A program made the position numbers and the translations under genes. From NCBI GenBank assembly GCA_001805445.1, contig MHGF01000029.1, positions 4,270-68,269 on the forward strand: a DNA stretch of 64,000 nt, written 5' to 3'. Source of the stretch: Omnitrophica WOR_2 bacterium GWF2_43_52 (lineage in GTDB: Bacteria; Omnitrophota; Gorgyraeia; Gygaellales; UBA12090). A model generated the notes under the pieces. It worked only from the letters and a program-made list of their open reading frames with translations. It had not been told where the DNA came from and searched no databases. This document shows positions 30,301 through 39,016 of the stretch, in pieces; position 1 is the stretch's first letter, and each line of letters starts with the position of its first letter.

Positions 30301-33300
30301 ATTTATGCACTATATTGATTTATCAAATATAGTGGAAATTCTTTATCAGAAAGCTGGGAGAGAGCCAGAGTTGAGAAAGTATTATGAGAAGATAACAAGC
30401 GAGTTTTATAAGGAAAAATCAGTAGATAATTACAAACAAGCTGAAGAAGATGATTTGCGAAAAGATATTGCCGCCGTGGGGATAGATGATGGCACATTTG
30501 AGAAAATTTTAGAAGTTTATAAAGATCAGTTAGTAAATTTATTCTCTGCCGCCTCGCCGCTGACAACGTTGAAGGAGAAGATAAGCGGGGTGTTCGAGAA
30601 AATACAGGAAAAGATAAATGACCAAGGACTCTTAAATTATAAAGAAGAATTAGCATCATTCTTGGAGAATTTAGAAAAAGATTTAGAAAGGCCGTTAAAT
30701 GAGATAGATAATGTTGTGAACGGGCAAGGCACTCTAAAAGATGCTTTTAGCGCGATTGAAAAAATATCAACTATTCTATTTAATAAGGAAGGTGAAATAG
30801 GCAGTATCCATACCGATATCAAGTCTATGATGGTAAGTTTGCACAGGTATGAACTGCCATCGCTTATGAGGCAAATTGAAAAGAGCCTTGGGCAGAGGGA
30901 AATCACCGCCTCGCCGCTGACGAAACAGACCGTAAAAGATGTACAATTTAACCCAGGAGAAAAGGTGTTCTTGCGCGCTGAGGTTAATATGCCAACCGAT
31001 GAGCAAAGAAATATCACTGACTATACGCGCCTTAAACAGGCGTTACCTACTATCAAATATTTGATAGGACAAGGAGTGAAGCTTGTTATTGCAGGACACC
31101 TGGGCCGGCCGCAGGAGGAGAAAAACAAGGATTTCAGTTTAGATATAGTAGCTCAGGCTCTACGATCTGAGTTGCCAGGAGTAACCATTACATTTGACAA
31201 GACAATCTTTACCCCTAAAGACGCGGAAGGTTTTATTAATTCCGAGATGAAAAACGGGGATATTTTACTTTTAGAAAACGTCCGGATGAATAAAGATGAA
31301 GAACAAAAAGAAGGGATTAATAGCCAATTCGCCAAAGATTTGTTTTTTGGCATAGATAAATATGTTTCAGATGCCTTTGGGGTTATGCATAGAGAAAACA
31401 ATGTTTCAATGGTTGGCGCTCCTAAGGGGATGCCGCGTGTTGCCGGGCTTTTAGTCCAGAAGGAAATAGAGTACCTGAATAAGATTTTGAATCCTGATGT
31501 GGCAATTGTCGGAGGAGCAAAAGTATCCGATAAAATTAAAATAATAGAGAAGCTTTTAGAAAAAGCGGATAAAATTCTTATTGGCGGGGCAATGACATTC
31601 GCTTTTGAAAAAGCCATGGGGAAAGATATTGGCAATTCTAAGCTTGGTAAGAATAAGGAAGAGGCAGAAAGAGAAACGCAATTTGCAAGGCAGCTTCTTG
31701 AAAAGGCGAAAGGAAAAATAATCCTTCCTTTGGATCATATAGTTGCAGATAGATTTAATAATGATGCGGAAAGAAAATCTGCGGAGTCAGGCAAGATCCC
31801 TGACGGCTGGATGGGCTTAGACATTGGCCCTGAGACTATTAAGCATTACAGAGCAATCATTGAGGAGGCGGAAACAGTTATCTGGAACGGCCCTATGGGG
31901 GTATTTGAATTTGATAATTTTGAGCAAGGCACGAGAGTAATAGCCGAGGCAATGGCAGTGGTAAAGAAAAAAGGCGGTATCGCGGTGGTAGGAGGGGGAG
32001 ATTCTGCTTTCGCGGTAGAGAAGTTTGGGCTAGCTGGTGAAATGTCACACGTATCTACAGGAGGAGGCGCGGCCTTAAAGTTTATCGAAGATGATGGCAA
32101 TTTGCCAGGAATTCTAGTGTTAAGTGATAAAGTAGAGGGCATCACCGCCGGCCTGCTGGGAGAAGAAATGTCGGGGGTGTATGGCGAGAATGCGCAGCCT
32201 TTACGCTATGTTTCTGTTGAAGATTTAACTGAGGGGGAACTTAGCTCTTTGAGAAGTTCCATCGTTGAGCGGATGACGTTGTCTGCAAGGGAAACGGATA
32301 ATACATATAAAAATGCGCGCTTTGCGGTTGAAATAGACCAAGGTAAGATTATTGTCTGGGGGAGGTTGGAATATAATGAAAAGACAAATGCAATAAGCCA
32401 GATTATCTTCCCGAACGCTCTAAACCTGAGCGAAGATAAGAAAAAAGATATAGAGGCTGCCTTTATTCAGGCATGGGATGAAGAATCGAAAATAAATGTT
32501 CTTTACACCGCCTCGCCGTTAGAATCTACTCCAGAGATATATGTGTTGGATAATCATCTATCGCTTGCAGAAGGAGCTAAAACCGGGAAGGCTAATATTG
32601 GGCTTGCTAAATCTAGCCTATACGATGGAGGAATTTTAAATCATTCTGAGGAGCGTGCCAGGCTTGAGTGGGCTATAGGGAATGTATTAGGAAGAATACT
32701 TTATTTTGGGTATGAGCGGTTTGACAGTGAACTTAACCGCATGGTTTTTGCTGATGAAGCAGTAGGAATTTGGAAAGCAACTTTAGCAACCGAAGGTATA
32801 TCCGAAACTGATTATAAAGAATATTTTGATCTTCAAAAAGAAAAGGACAAGATTAATCGTGATAATCTGCAAGATAGCGCACGCTCTATAGTGAACAGAA
32901 TAATTAATCTTCAGTTGAAAAAACTAATAGCTTCTACAAAGGGGGAAAAGGGGTATCCAGTCAAACAAGTTGTACTTTGCGTTGGTGAGGATTTAGGTCA
33001 GCGTTACGCAGGGCGGACGCAGGATGTTTTAAGGCAGGACATAAAGGAAATTTTAAAGGACATAATGAAAGAAGATGTGCAGAAATATGGGGGTATTGGT
33101 TTGAGGATAGCCTATGAGCCGCGCTGGGCAATTGGAACAGGCAAAACGCCTACATTGGAAGAGATTCAGAATGCGCATAGATTTATAAAAGATACTCTAA
33201 AAAGCGCAGGAGTACTAGGCATAGAGCTTGATGTTGATTATGGCGGAAGCTTAAACGCAAAGAACAAAGAGATATTATCTTTGCCTGACGTTGACGGTGG

Positions 33301-36229
33301 GCTTATTGGCAGTGCTGCCAAAACCGTTGAGGCAATCAAACCGGTTATAGAGGAAGCGATTATTCAAGGGGAGAAAAAGGGGAAAATCCTCAATATCGGG
33401 ATGAACTGGAAGGCTGAAAATAGAGGAACTGGTTTAGCCCCGCTGGGAAGCTTTATGGCATTTTTCAAGAGCCCTGGTTTTAATATTGTGGGTAAGCTAA
33501 GCATAGCCATTGGAACTACCCGGGTTAGAGATGTTAAAATGGCAGTATTGGGGGTTAAAGAGTATTATAAAAAAATTTACCAAGCAGCCGCCTCGCCGCT
33601 GGCGCTGGAGAATGAAGTGAAGGTGATACAGGAAGTAAGAGAAAAATTAAATGCATATCATAGCGGTACTATACTGCAATTCTCAAACGTATCGCTATCG
33701 AACCTTATAATATCAGTCACAAAGATGGCTAACGAAATTCAGCCAATGAATCGTATGGCTTTACCCGAAGAAGCACAAAAATGGTTTGGTATTGAAGCAG
33801 GGCTTGTACGGATTCAGGCCAAAGTCAGAGAAAATATGGAAGCATATAAAAAAGAGTTGGCAGCTTTTTATGCGGAAATCGGGCAGCATTCATATATTAA
33901 ATTGGATGAAGAGCAGAAATTATACTACACTAATAAATATGCCCGTGATATTGAAACGACGAATGACGTAGATGTAATTATTGAAGCGGCAGAACATGCC
34001 TATCGGCTGCGGGAGACTTATTTAGCGCAAGAGGCACAAAAAAAGATTGTTTCTCAGGGTAATACTTCCGCCGCCTCACCGTTGACGCTTAAGGAATTCT
34101 CTAAAAAGCTTGATCAGATGCCTAATAATAAAGTGTCGTCTCACGAAGCATTTTTAGAATTAATTAAGATGGCATCAGAGCTTTCAGCCCGGGAGGAGAT
34201 ACCGGAAAATATCCAAGAGAAAATATACGCGGCAGTCAGCCGTATCATGCCTGTGGCAGGTGAATATGTTGATAAAGAGCGTAAGGATATCCCCGGGCAG
34301 GCCCGTACTATAGAACCTATCCTGGCTATAATTGAAAGCGGATTAGAAAATTATATGGTTAAAGAGGATATGGGGTTTAAATTAGTGGACGCTATTGAGA
34401 AGGCCTTAACAGGGCATCTTGCCTATTCAAGGTATACACAACAGATAGATGATGTAATAACCGCAATAAAAAAAGATCATATTAAGATAGAAAAGATTCA
34501 AGAGTTTATTAAAGATTCGTTTAGCCAGTATGATGGCATTAAAGATGCGATTGATTTTAAGAGCGGAGAAATCGCGGAGTTGCTTGAGAAAAATAAAGAG
34601 GCTAATGCATTACTCGCGTCAGTAAGGCAGGCAAAGGAGATAACCGCTAAGCAAAGCGGCAATACAATCAAAGGCACGTATATAGACCAATCCCTCTTTG
34701 ACGCTATGGCTTGGGATATAATGATCCAAAGAGTAAGAATCGATAAATTAGAGGAAATTCTGGATGAACAGGTGAGCCGGACGAATCAATTTTTTACCAG
34801 TGATTCTATCAAGCTTTTCTGTAAGGAGTTTAAGGAAGCAGGCAAAACCGGGAAAAAACGCGTATTAGTTTCCAGGTTTAATGAAATCCGGGAAGAGGGC
34901 TCAAGAACCGATAGCGAATTGATCCAGCTAAGAGATTACTTAGCCGGGATTTTAGGAGTATATTATTTAAAAGCGGCTGAGGAGGTAAGAAGCAAGCTTA
35001 CGCCACAGGATACAGTAGAATATAAAGAAGCCCTTGATGCGGCAGGACAAGTTATTGATCTTCTTCTTAAAGGTAACGTAAAGGATCAGTTGTTTTCCGC
35101 GCAATTAGATACCGTTGTCAAGGCGTGGGATAGTATGCAAAAATCCCGTTCATCGTCGGCGCTTACCGCTGAAGAATTTATTCTTGCGGTAGATGCTCTT
35201 GGGAAAATGGCCAAAGAGAAGACGATCTCATATGAAACTGCTTTTGACAGAATGGTAGGAGCGGTTTCGGCTCTTGAAAAAGATGTAGTGGTTCCTTATG
35301 CTAAAATAGCCGATGAGTTGTATTCAATAATTCACAATGGGGTGGCGCTTGACCCTTATAGGTTAACTCTCTGGGAAGATGCCAAAGAAACGTTGTTAAG
35401 AAGGAAGAAATATGCCAGAGAGGGCATTCTTGATATGATTGAAAAAAGATTAGAGATATATAAGCGTGATTTAGCGCAGAAAGCGGGTAAAGATCTTAGC
35501 AAGTGGATAGGCGCGCTCACCGCTCACTTAGGCGCAGGTATCCGCGACTATAAAGAACACATAAACTCTATTAAAAGTACTGAGGATTTATTGTTGACTA
35601 AGGTTCAAGAGTTTTCTTCGGTCAATCGAGCGGTACAGAAGAAAGAATGGTCTGATGATAAAGAGAAGTATTATGAAGCTATGAAAAGGAAAGGCGTTTC
35701 TATTGACGAATTGAAAGGGAAATTGGATGAGATAGATAAATATAACGAATTCCTCTTAACAGTAGCTAAAGCGCGAGAAGCCATCTCTGCCGGCCAAAAA
35801 TCGTCTTCGTCGTCGCTTGTCGCTCAAGAGCCTGCTCAAGACTTTGCTATCCCTGAAGCCCAAAATACCTTCGGTGGTATTGATATGACCGACAGGGCGC
35901 TGCATATTAACTTTGAGCGCTGGGGAAGCCTTGCGGATATAGAGATGGAGCTGCCAAAACTCAGTCATGTGGAAGCGATTGATTTAGACAATGAATACCA
36001 GCAGATACAGGCCATGGCCTCATCCGGCATCAGGCCTTCAGATACGCGTATTTTGGAGTTTATCGCCGCCTGCTATTATAGGGAAGAATTTAGCCAAAGG
36101 CTTTCTGAAATCACCGCCTGCCTTAAAGAAGCGCATGCCTTGGATGAGCGTGAGGGAAAAGAAAGCAGCGAGACCCTGCGTTTAGCCACCTTGCTCCCTG
36201 ATGCGTTGTACGTAAATAGCCTGAATTAA
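27362..36229 (+). CDS. giant secreted modular protein (about 2955 aa) with GDP-sugar phosphorylase-like, PGK and TPI-like cargo
   Basis: SD GGAGG then ATG 27362; signal peptide MVRKIISIVVTIGLLF...YA; enzyme motifs; ASP linkers; GGID C-terminal domain. Confidence 0.9.
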   Translation: MVRKIISIVVTIGLLFNQGGVIYAAGELNLSSYLSQLHTSLVKPDIFRPVHLRYFSYDSLNNSYKILLDKGDYTKSPSHQDTPDASVGAGRSPEEDLVLKETAQELMDYFLIGVTLPNDTFWVNLRPDAPDTIIDPELETTDIGKIFLEADLQLKKDTASFTSPQTPEGKQYWDKLYKKAGELFGSENITIPTLTRPWIVPNEIIVRETDDSAYVYKATLKVLLEEDYLKSSQPSALSPQQYNFKDSRLKELNEYSTQLIRETIIPKLTREVNSSQRYAKLRQVYYSLILSRWFKARFNSKESQGHQVTRSQGENYINLIDRRNLTNLTSEELWDKITYFNQYKDSFNKGEYNIKEPTFTAYGQSIRSYTSGGIGIGQAILPFEADMQGQGAGSPIRGGSFQGNNPVISDAVIGADEKSIVLDENLEVVEQKPVALAASPVTVEDADQKILDILEEEFISDIFPKDVVEKFKEYKSIKISKFSNIDKDVGMPHARKDIEKLSRIKGFLRYVMNEYTKIKEKDETRARVLLNKIKILQEYLEQALGGELSVLKEFAANINAGKITVISVAILKQWEKLMADMLISERYHAFVKHLTKRNIEFSRAGSLMKILNLERAGKRATQFKIKAGETLEKKYNPGDKFIFNDVLPDIALGINFGGILTDIIVNANPLLWGNVLILPDPSKCLSQYFNKEAAIVALNLLDKFNNPGYKLGFNGPGAFASVPQLHLQGFDYFDSTGEDKLPVENAEKTSFFSNNNVSIMTLSDWAVNTIVLNGSSLDSLNKALVLLTDILHKRNQPFNIVFTKNSDNNYAVYVFPRKLEGPGGVFGTGVAFLELAGAVLFTNQNFGGVMLKDKDKENLEQRIAYLKNIRQIIFGGGTIAEDLVQSVGLDWKDVSSKLIENGWAKPKNKTEVTLTASLEQVKDSMSRVFGDKWEKIISILEIDDFRYENEKNKDGDYVYYARPKRSGESKEITPSDLSNKFMHYIDLSNIVEILYQKAGREPELRKYYEKITSEFYKEKSVDNYKQAEEDDLRKDIAAVGIDDGTFEKILEVYKDQLVNLFSAASPLTTLKEKISGVFEKIQEKINDQGLLNYKEELASFLENLEKDLERPLNEIDNVVNGQGTLKDAFSAIEKISTILFNKEGEIGSIHTDIKSMMVSLHRYELPSLMRQIEKSLGQREITASPLTKQTVKDVQFNPGEKVFLRAEVNMPTDEQRNITDYTRLKQALPTIKYLIGQGVKLVIAGHLGRPQEEKNKDFSLDIVAQALRSELPGVTITFDKTIFTPKDAEGFINSEMKNGDILLLENVRMNKDEEQKEGINSQFAKDLFFGIDKYVSDAFGVMHRENNVSMVGAPKGMPRVAGLLVQKEIEYLNKILNPDVAIVGGAKVSDKIKIIEKLLEKADKILIGGAMTFAFEKAMGKDIGNSKLGKNKEEAERETQFARQLLEKAKGKIILPLDHIVADRFNNDAERKSAESGKIPDGWMGLDIGPETIKHYRAIIEEAETVIWNGPMGVFEFDNFEQGTRVIAEAMAVVKKKGGIAVVGGGDSAFAVEKFGLAGEMSHVSTGGGAALKFIEDDGNLPGILVLSDKVEGITAGLLGEEMSGVYGENAQPLRYVSVEDLTEGELSSLRSSIVERMTLSARETDNTYKNARFAVEIDQGKIIVWGRLEYNEKTNAISQIIFPNALNLSEDKKKDIEAAFIQAWDEESKINVLYTASPLESTPEIYVLDNHLSLAEGAKTGKANIGLAKSSLYDGGILNHSEERARLEWAIGNVLGRILYFGYERFDSELNRMVFADEAVGIWKATLATEGISETDYKEYFDLQKEKDKINRDNLQDSARSIVNRIINLQLKKLIASTKGEKGYPVKQVVLCVGEDLGQRYAGRTQDVLRQDIKEILKDIMKEDVQKYGGIGLRIAYEPRWAIGTGKTPTLEEIQNAHRFIKDTLKSAGVLGIELDVDYGGSLNAKNKEILSLPDVDGGLIGSAAKTVEAIKPVIEEAIIQGEKKGKILNIGMNWKAENRGTGLAPLGSFMAFFKSPGFNIVGKLSIAIGTTRVRDVKMAVLGVKEYYKKIYQAAASPLALENEVKVIQEVREKLNAYHSGTILQFSNVSLSNLIISVTKMANEIQPMNRMALPEEAQKWFGIEAGLVRIQAKVRENMEAYKKELAAFYAEIGQHSYIKLDEEQKLYYTNKYARDIETTNDVDVIIEAAEHAYRLRETYLAQEAQKKIVSQGNTSAASPLTLKEFSKKLDQMPNNKVSSHEAFLELIKMASELSAREEIPENIQEKIYAAVSRIMPVAGEYVDKERKDIPGQARTIEPILAIIESGLENYMVKEDMGFKLVDAIEKALTGHLAYSRYTQQIDDVITAIKKDHIKIEKIQEFIKDSFSQYDGIKDAIDFKSGEIAELLEKNKEANALLASVRQAKEITAKQSGNTIKGTYIDQSLFDAMAWDIMIQRVRIDKLEEILDEQVSRTNQFFTSDSIKLFCKEFKEAGKTGKKRVLVSRFNEIREEGSRTDSELIQLRDYLAGILGVYYLKAAEEVRSKLTPQDTVEYKEALDAAGQVIDLLLKGNVKDQLFSAQLDTVVKAWDSMQKSRSSSALTAEEFILAVDALGKMAKEKTISYETAFDRMVGAVSALEKDVVVPYAKIADELYSIIHNGVALDPYRLTLWEDAKETLLRRKKYAREGILDMIEKRLEIYKRDLAQKAGKDLSKWIGALTAHLGAGIRDYKEHINSIKSTEDLLLTKVQEFSSVNRAVQKKEWSDDKEKYYEAMKRKGVSIDELKGKLDEIDKYNEFLLTVAKAREAISAGQKSSSSSLVAQEPAQDFAIPEAQNTFGGIDMTDRALHINFERWGSLADIEMELPKLSHVEAIDLDNEYQQIQAMASSGIRPSDTRILEFIAACYYREEFSQRLSEITACLKEAHALDEREGKESSETLRLATLLPDALYVNSLN

Positions 36230-36252
36230 CCGATAGCTACCAATGCCCGCCA

Positions 36253-36377
36253 ATGCCAGGCATAGTCAAGTAAGAATTGTTAATGCCTGGTATCTTAGTG
36301 TTATCAGTGCCAGACATATACAACGCGTAAACAACTTGCCTATGCCTGGCACTGTCTATTTATAGATGCCAGGCATT
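36253..36377. repeat. cluster of TGCCAGGCA/TGCCTGGCA palindromes (REP-like)
   Basis: About five alternating exact or near-exact copies; last pair followed by a T-run. Confidence 0.7.
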
Positions 36378-36402
36378 GCTCTTTTTTTAGCAGAAAAAAT
36401 AT

Positions 36403-36430
36403 TTGACAAAAGAAGAAAATATGTTACATT
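36403..36430 (+). promoter_or_regulatory. atp operon promoter
   Basis: TTGACA-N16-TACATT with TG. Confidence 0.65.
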
Positions 36431-36580
36431 ATAGGCACGTTATGAGGCTATAAAGACAAGGGTGTCTAAAAAGGCTATGTGTGCCTTAAAAGCTAAACCT
36501 AAAGTTTAGTACCCCGCACCCGTAATAGTAGTAATCCCAAAAGGTTACACTTCTGCTTTAATACTTAACAGGCGAGGCAT

Positions 36581-36826
36581 TTGCTGAATCCCGCGGATAA
36601 CAAAGACAAAAACGAGAATCTTAAATACTTAAAGGTTGTCCTTGAGGCTACAAGCATCCCCTTTGTATTGCTTGGCGGGCCGATGGTGGGATTTTTTATC
36701 GGGGCTTTTCTTGACCAAAGGTTTAATTCCGGGAAGTTATTTACTTTTCTCTTTGTAGTGTTGGGTTTTGTCGCGGCAGTCAAAGAAACTATTTATATTA
36801 TTAAGAGGGTGCAAAAAGGCATATAA
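36581..36826 (+). CDS. AtpZ/AtpI-family membrane protein
   Basis: GFFIGAFLDQRF; first gene of the atp operon. Confidence 0.8.
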   Translation: MLNPADNKDKNENLKYLKVVLEATSIPFVLLGGPMVGFFIGAFLDQRFNSGKLFTFLFVVLGFVAAVKETIYIIKRVQKGI

Positions 36827-36828
36827 GC

Positions 36829-37224
36829 GTGGAGATCTCTTTTATCTACAAGTCGCTCAAAGTAAGCTTTTGGTTTACTCTACTGCTTTCATTATTTTCT
36901 CTTTATTATTTCGGCCAAAAATTCACATTAGGCTTAATCAGCGGCTCTTTCTGGAGTATAGCTAATTTTTTGCTTTTTGTTGGGCTTTCAAAAGCTTTTA
37001 CGGATATTGCTCATAACAAGCTGAAGATAGCCTTGTATGCTTTTATTAAGTTTGGAGCGCTTTATATTACAGGTTATTTGATTATATCATCGTCTAAGGT
37101 TTCATTGCCCGGTATCAGTGTGGGGTTTGGCATCATTTTTACGGTGATTTTTCTGCAGGCAATAGGAATGGTGTTTGCCTCGTTGGAGACTACAGCGCAA
37201 CCGGAAAAATTAAAATGTCTCTGA
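36829..37224 (+). CDS. atpI: ATP synthase protein I
   Basis: four-TM protein before atpB. Confidence 0.7.
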   Translation: MEISFIYKSLKVSFWFTLLLSLFSLYYFGQKFTLGLISGSFWSIANFLLFVGLSKAFTDIAHNKLKIALYAFIKFGALYITGYLIISSSKVSLPGISVGFGIIFTVIFLQAIGMVFASLETTAQPEKLKCL

Positions 37225-37251
37225 CGGGGTTTACTCAAAAAGAGGTGCCTT

Positions 37252-38073
37252 GTGTCAGGCTCTGAAAGCTCCTCACAGGAATTAGCAAATTTTATCGGTA
37301 TCACGGTTAAAGGTTTAGGTGATTCAGGCCTTGGGATATTCCTTCATCGCTGGGAAAATGTGATTTTTTCCTTGATAGCGGTGGTGTTTCTATCTCTTAT
37401 GGCTTACTTTGCCCAGCGTAACCGCTCTTTTGTCCCTGAGCGAAGGCTCCAGAATATGGTTGAGGTACTGGTTGAGAGTTTAAGTAATTTTGTCTCCGGG
37501 GTCCTGGGTGAAAAAGAAGGCAGGCATTATCTTCCGTATATAGGCACGCTTTTTCTCTATATCTTAATTATGAATTTTATGGGTATGGTGCCGGGAATGA
37601 AATCGCCCACGTCCAGCCTGAACACGACTGTGGCACTTGCGCTTTGCACCTTTATCTACGTGCAATATACCGGGATACGGAGGCTGGGAATGATCGGCTA
37701 TCTTGACCATATGGCAGGAAGCCCGCGCATGCCTGAGGAAAAAGGCGTTTTTAAAATATTCTTAATTTTACTGTTTATTCCTATCCATATCCTTTTATTC
37801 ATTATCCATATTATTGGCGAGTTTGTAAAACCAGTAAGCTTATCCCTGCGTCTTTTTGGGAATATTACCGGTGAAGACGCGCTTTTGTATGTGTTTGTTA
37901 TGTTGGGGCTTTCAATGTTTTCTGCCTGGAAAAGTCCCGTAGGGTTCCCTCTGCAGATACCGATAATGTTTTTGTCGTTAATCGGGGGGGCGGTGCAGGC
38001 AATGGTCTTTAGCCTGCTTTCGGCAGTGTATATCTCGATGATGCTTCCGCATCATGAAGAAGTGAAACATTAA
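37252..38073 (+). CDS. atpB: F0 subunit a
   Basis: KPVSLSLRLFGNI, VQAMVFSLL. Confidence 0.95.
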   Translation: MSGSESSSQELANFIGITVKGLGDSGLGIFLHRWENVIFSLIAVVFLSLMAYFAQRNRSFVPERRLQNMVEVLVESLSNFVSGVLGEKEGRHYLPYIGTLFLYILIMNFMGMVPGMKSPTSSLNTTVALALCTFIYVQYTGIRRLGMIGYLDHMAGSPRMPEEKGVFKIFLILLFIPIHILLFIIHIIGEFVKPVSLSLRLFGNITGEDALLYVFVMLGLSMFSAWKSPVGFPLQIPIMFLSLIGGAVQAMVFSLLSAVYISMMLPHHEEVKH

Positions 38074-38096
38074 TAAGAAAGGAGAAACGTAAAAAA

Positions 38097-38339
38097 ATGG
38101 ATGCAAATACAGCATTAGCACTTTCTTTGCCGTTTGGATTGGCAATCGCCGCGCTGGCAAGTGCCTTCGCGTTGGGCAGGGCAGTGTCGGCAGCAATGGA
38201 TGCCATGGCGCGCCAGCCTGAGGCAGCCCCGAAAATTCAGGTGGCGATGATTATCGGATGCGCTTTTATTGAAGCATTGACGATTTACGCGTTTGTTATC
38301 GCGTTTCTTTCAATGGCAAAGATACAGGCGGTTCATTAA
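38097..38339 (+). CDS. atpE: F0 subunit c
   Basis: ARQPE loop, FIEAL. Confidence 0.95.
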   Translation: MDANTALALSLPFGLAIAALASAFALGRAVSAAMDAMARQPEAAPKIQVAMIIGCAFIEALTIYAFVIAFLSMAKIQAVH

Positions 38340-38469
38340 TCTACAATGTAGGGCTACGCGAATAAACGCGAATAAAAAGATTGAGAATATTCGCGAATTA
38401 AAATTCGCGTAAATTTACGTAACAATGTAAAGTTGTTTCATTGCAGTAACTTTTTAGTAAGGCACGAAC

Positions 38470-38955
38470 ATGATGAATCTTGATTTTCAACAGGTACTTA
38501 CCCAAGCCGTAGGTTTTCTCATCCTTTTGGGGCTGCTCAAGCTGTTTTTCTGGAAGCCGGTCATATCTTTACTTGACCAGAGGAAAGAAAAGATAGCCGC
38601 GGAGTTTAAACACATTGAGGACGCCAAGGCAGAGCTTGCTACATTAAAGGCTGAATATGAAACAAGGCTTGCCTCAATTGAGGAAATCGCCCGGCAGAAG
38701 ATAAAAGAGGCTGTTGAAGAAGGAAAAAGAATAACCGATGAGTTGAAGTCCAAGGCTGAGGAGCAGGCACGCCAGATAATAGAAAGTGGCCGGGAGAATA
38801 TCAGGCAGGAGCTCTTAAAGACAAAGCAGGAATTAAAAAGCCATATCGTGGATTTGGCGTTAAGGGCTACTGAGAGTATTATCCTTGAGAAACTCACGGC
38901 AGATCATGACAAGAAGCTGGTTGAAGATTTTCTTGACAAGATAGACAGGGCCTGA
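38470..38955 (+). CDS. atpF: F0 subunit b
   Basis: N-terminal TM, WKP, coiled coil. Confidence 0.92.
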   Translation: MMNLDFQQVLTQAVGFLILLGLLKLFFWKPVISLLDQRKEKIAAEFKHIEDAKAELATLKAEYETRLASIEEIARQKIKEAVEEGKRITDELKSKAEEQARQIIESGRENIRQELLKTKQELKSHIVDLALRATESIILEKLTADHDKKLVEDFLDKIDRA

Positions 38956-39016
38956 TGAACCCCGCGCCTTCTAAAATGTTTAAAAGATTAAAAATGAATA
39001 AGAACGAAGGTGCGGG

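Noticed and set aside
30917-33587. Thermotoga-type frameshifted PGK-TPI fusion
   Set aside because: Continuous frame, an intervening module and permuted TPI order indicate a different origin.
38097-38339. Na+-coupled ATP synthase
   Set aside because: No Q...E[ST] signature in subunit c.
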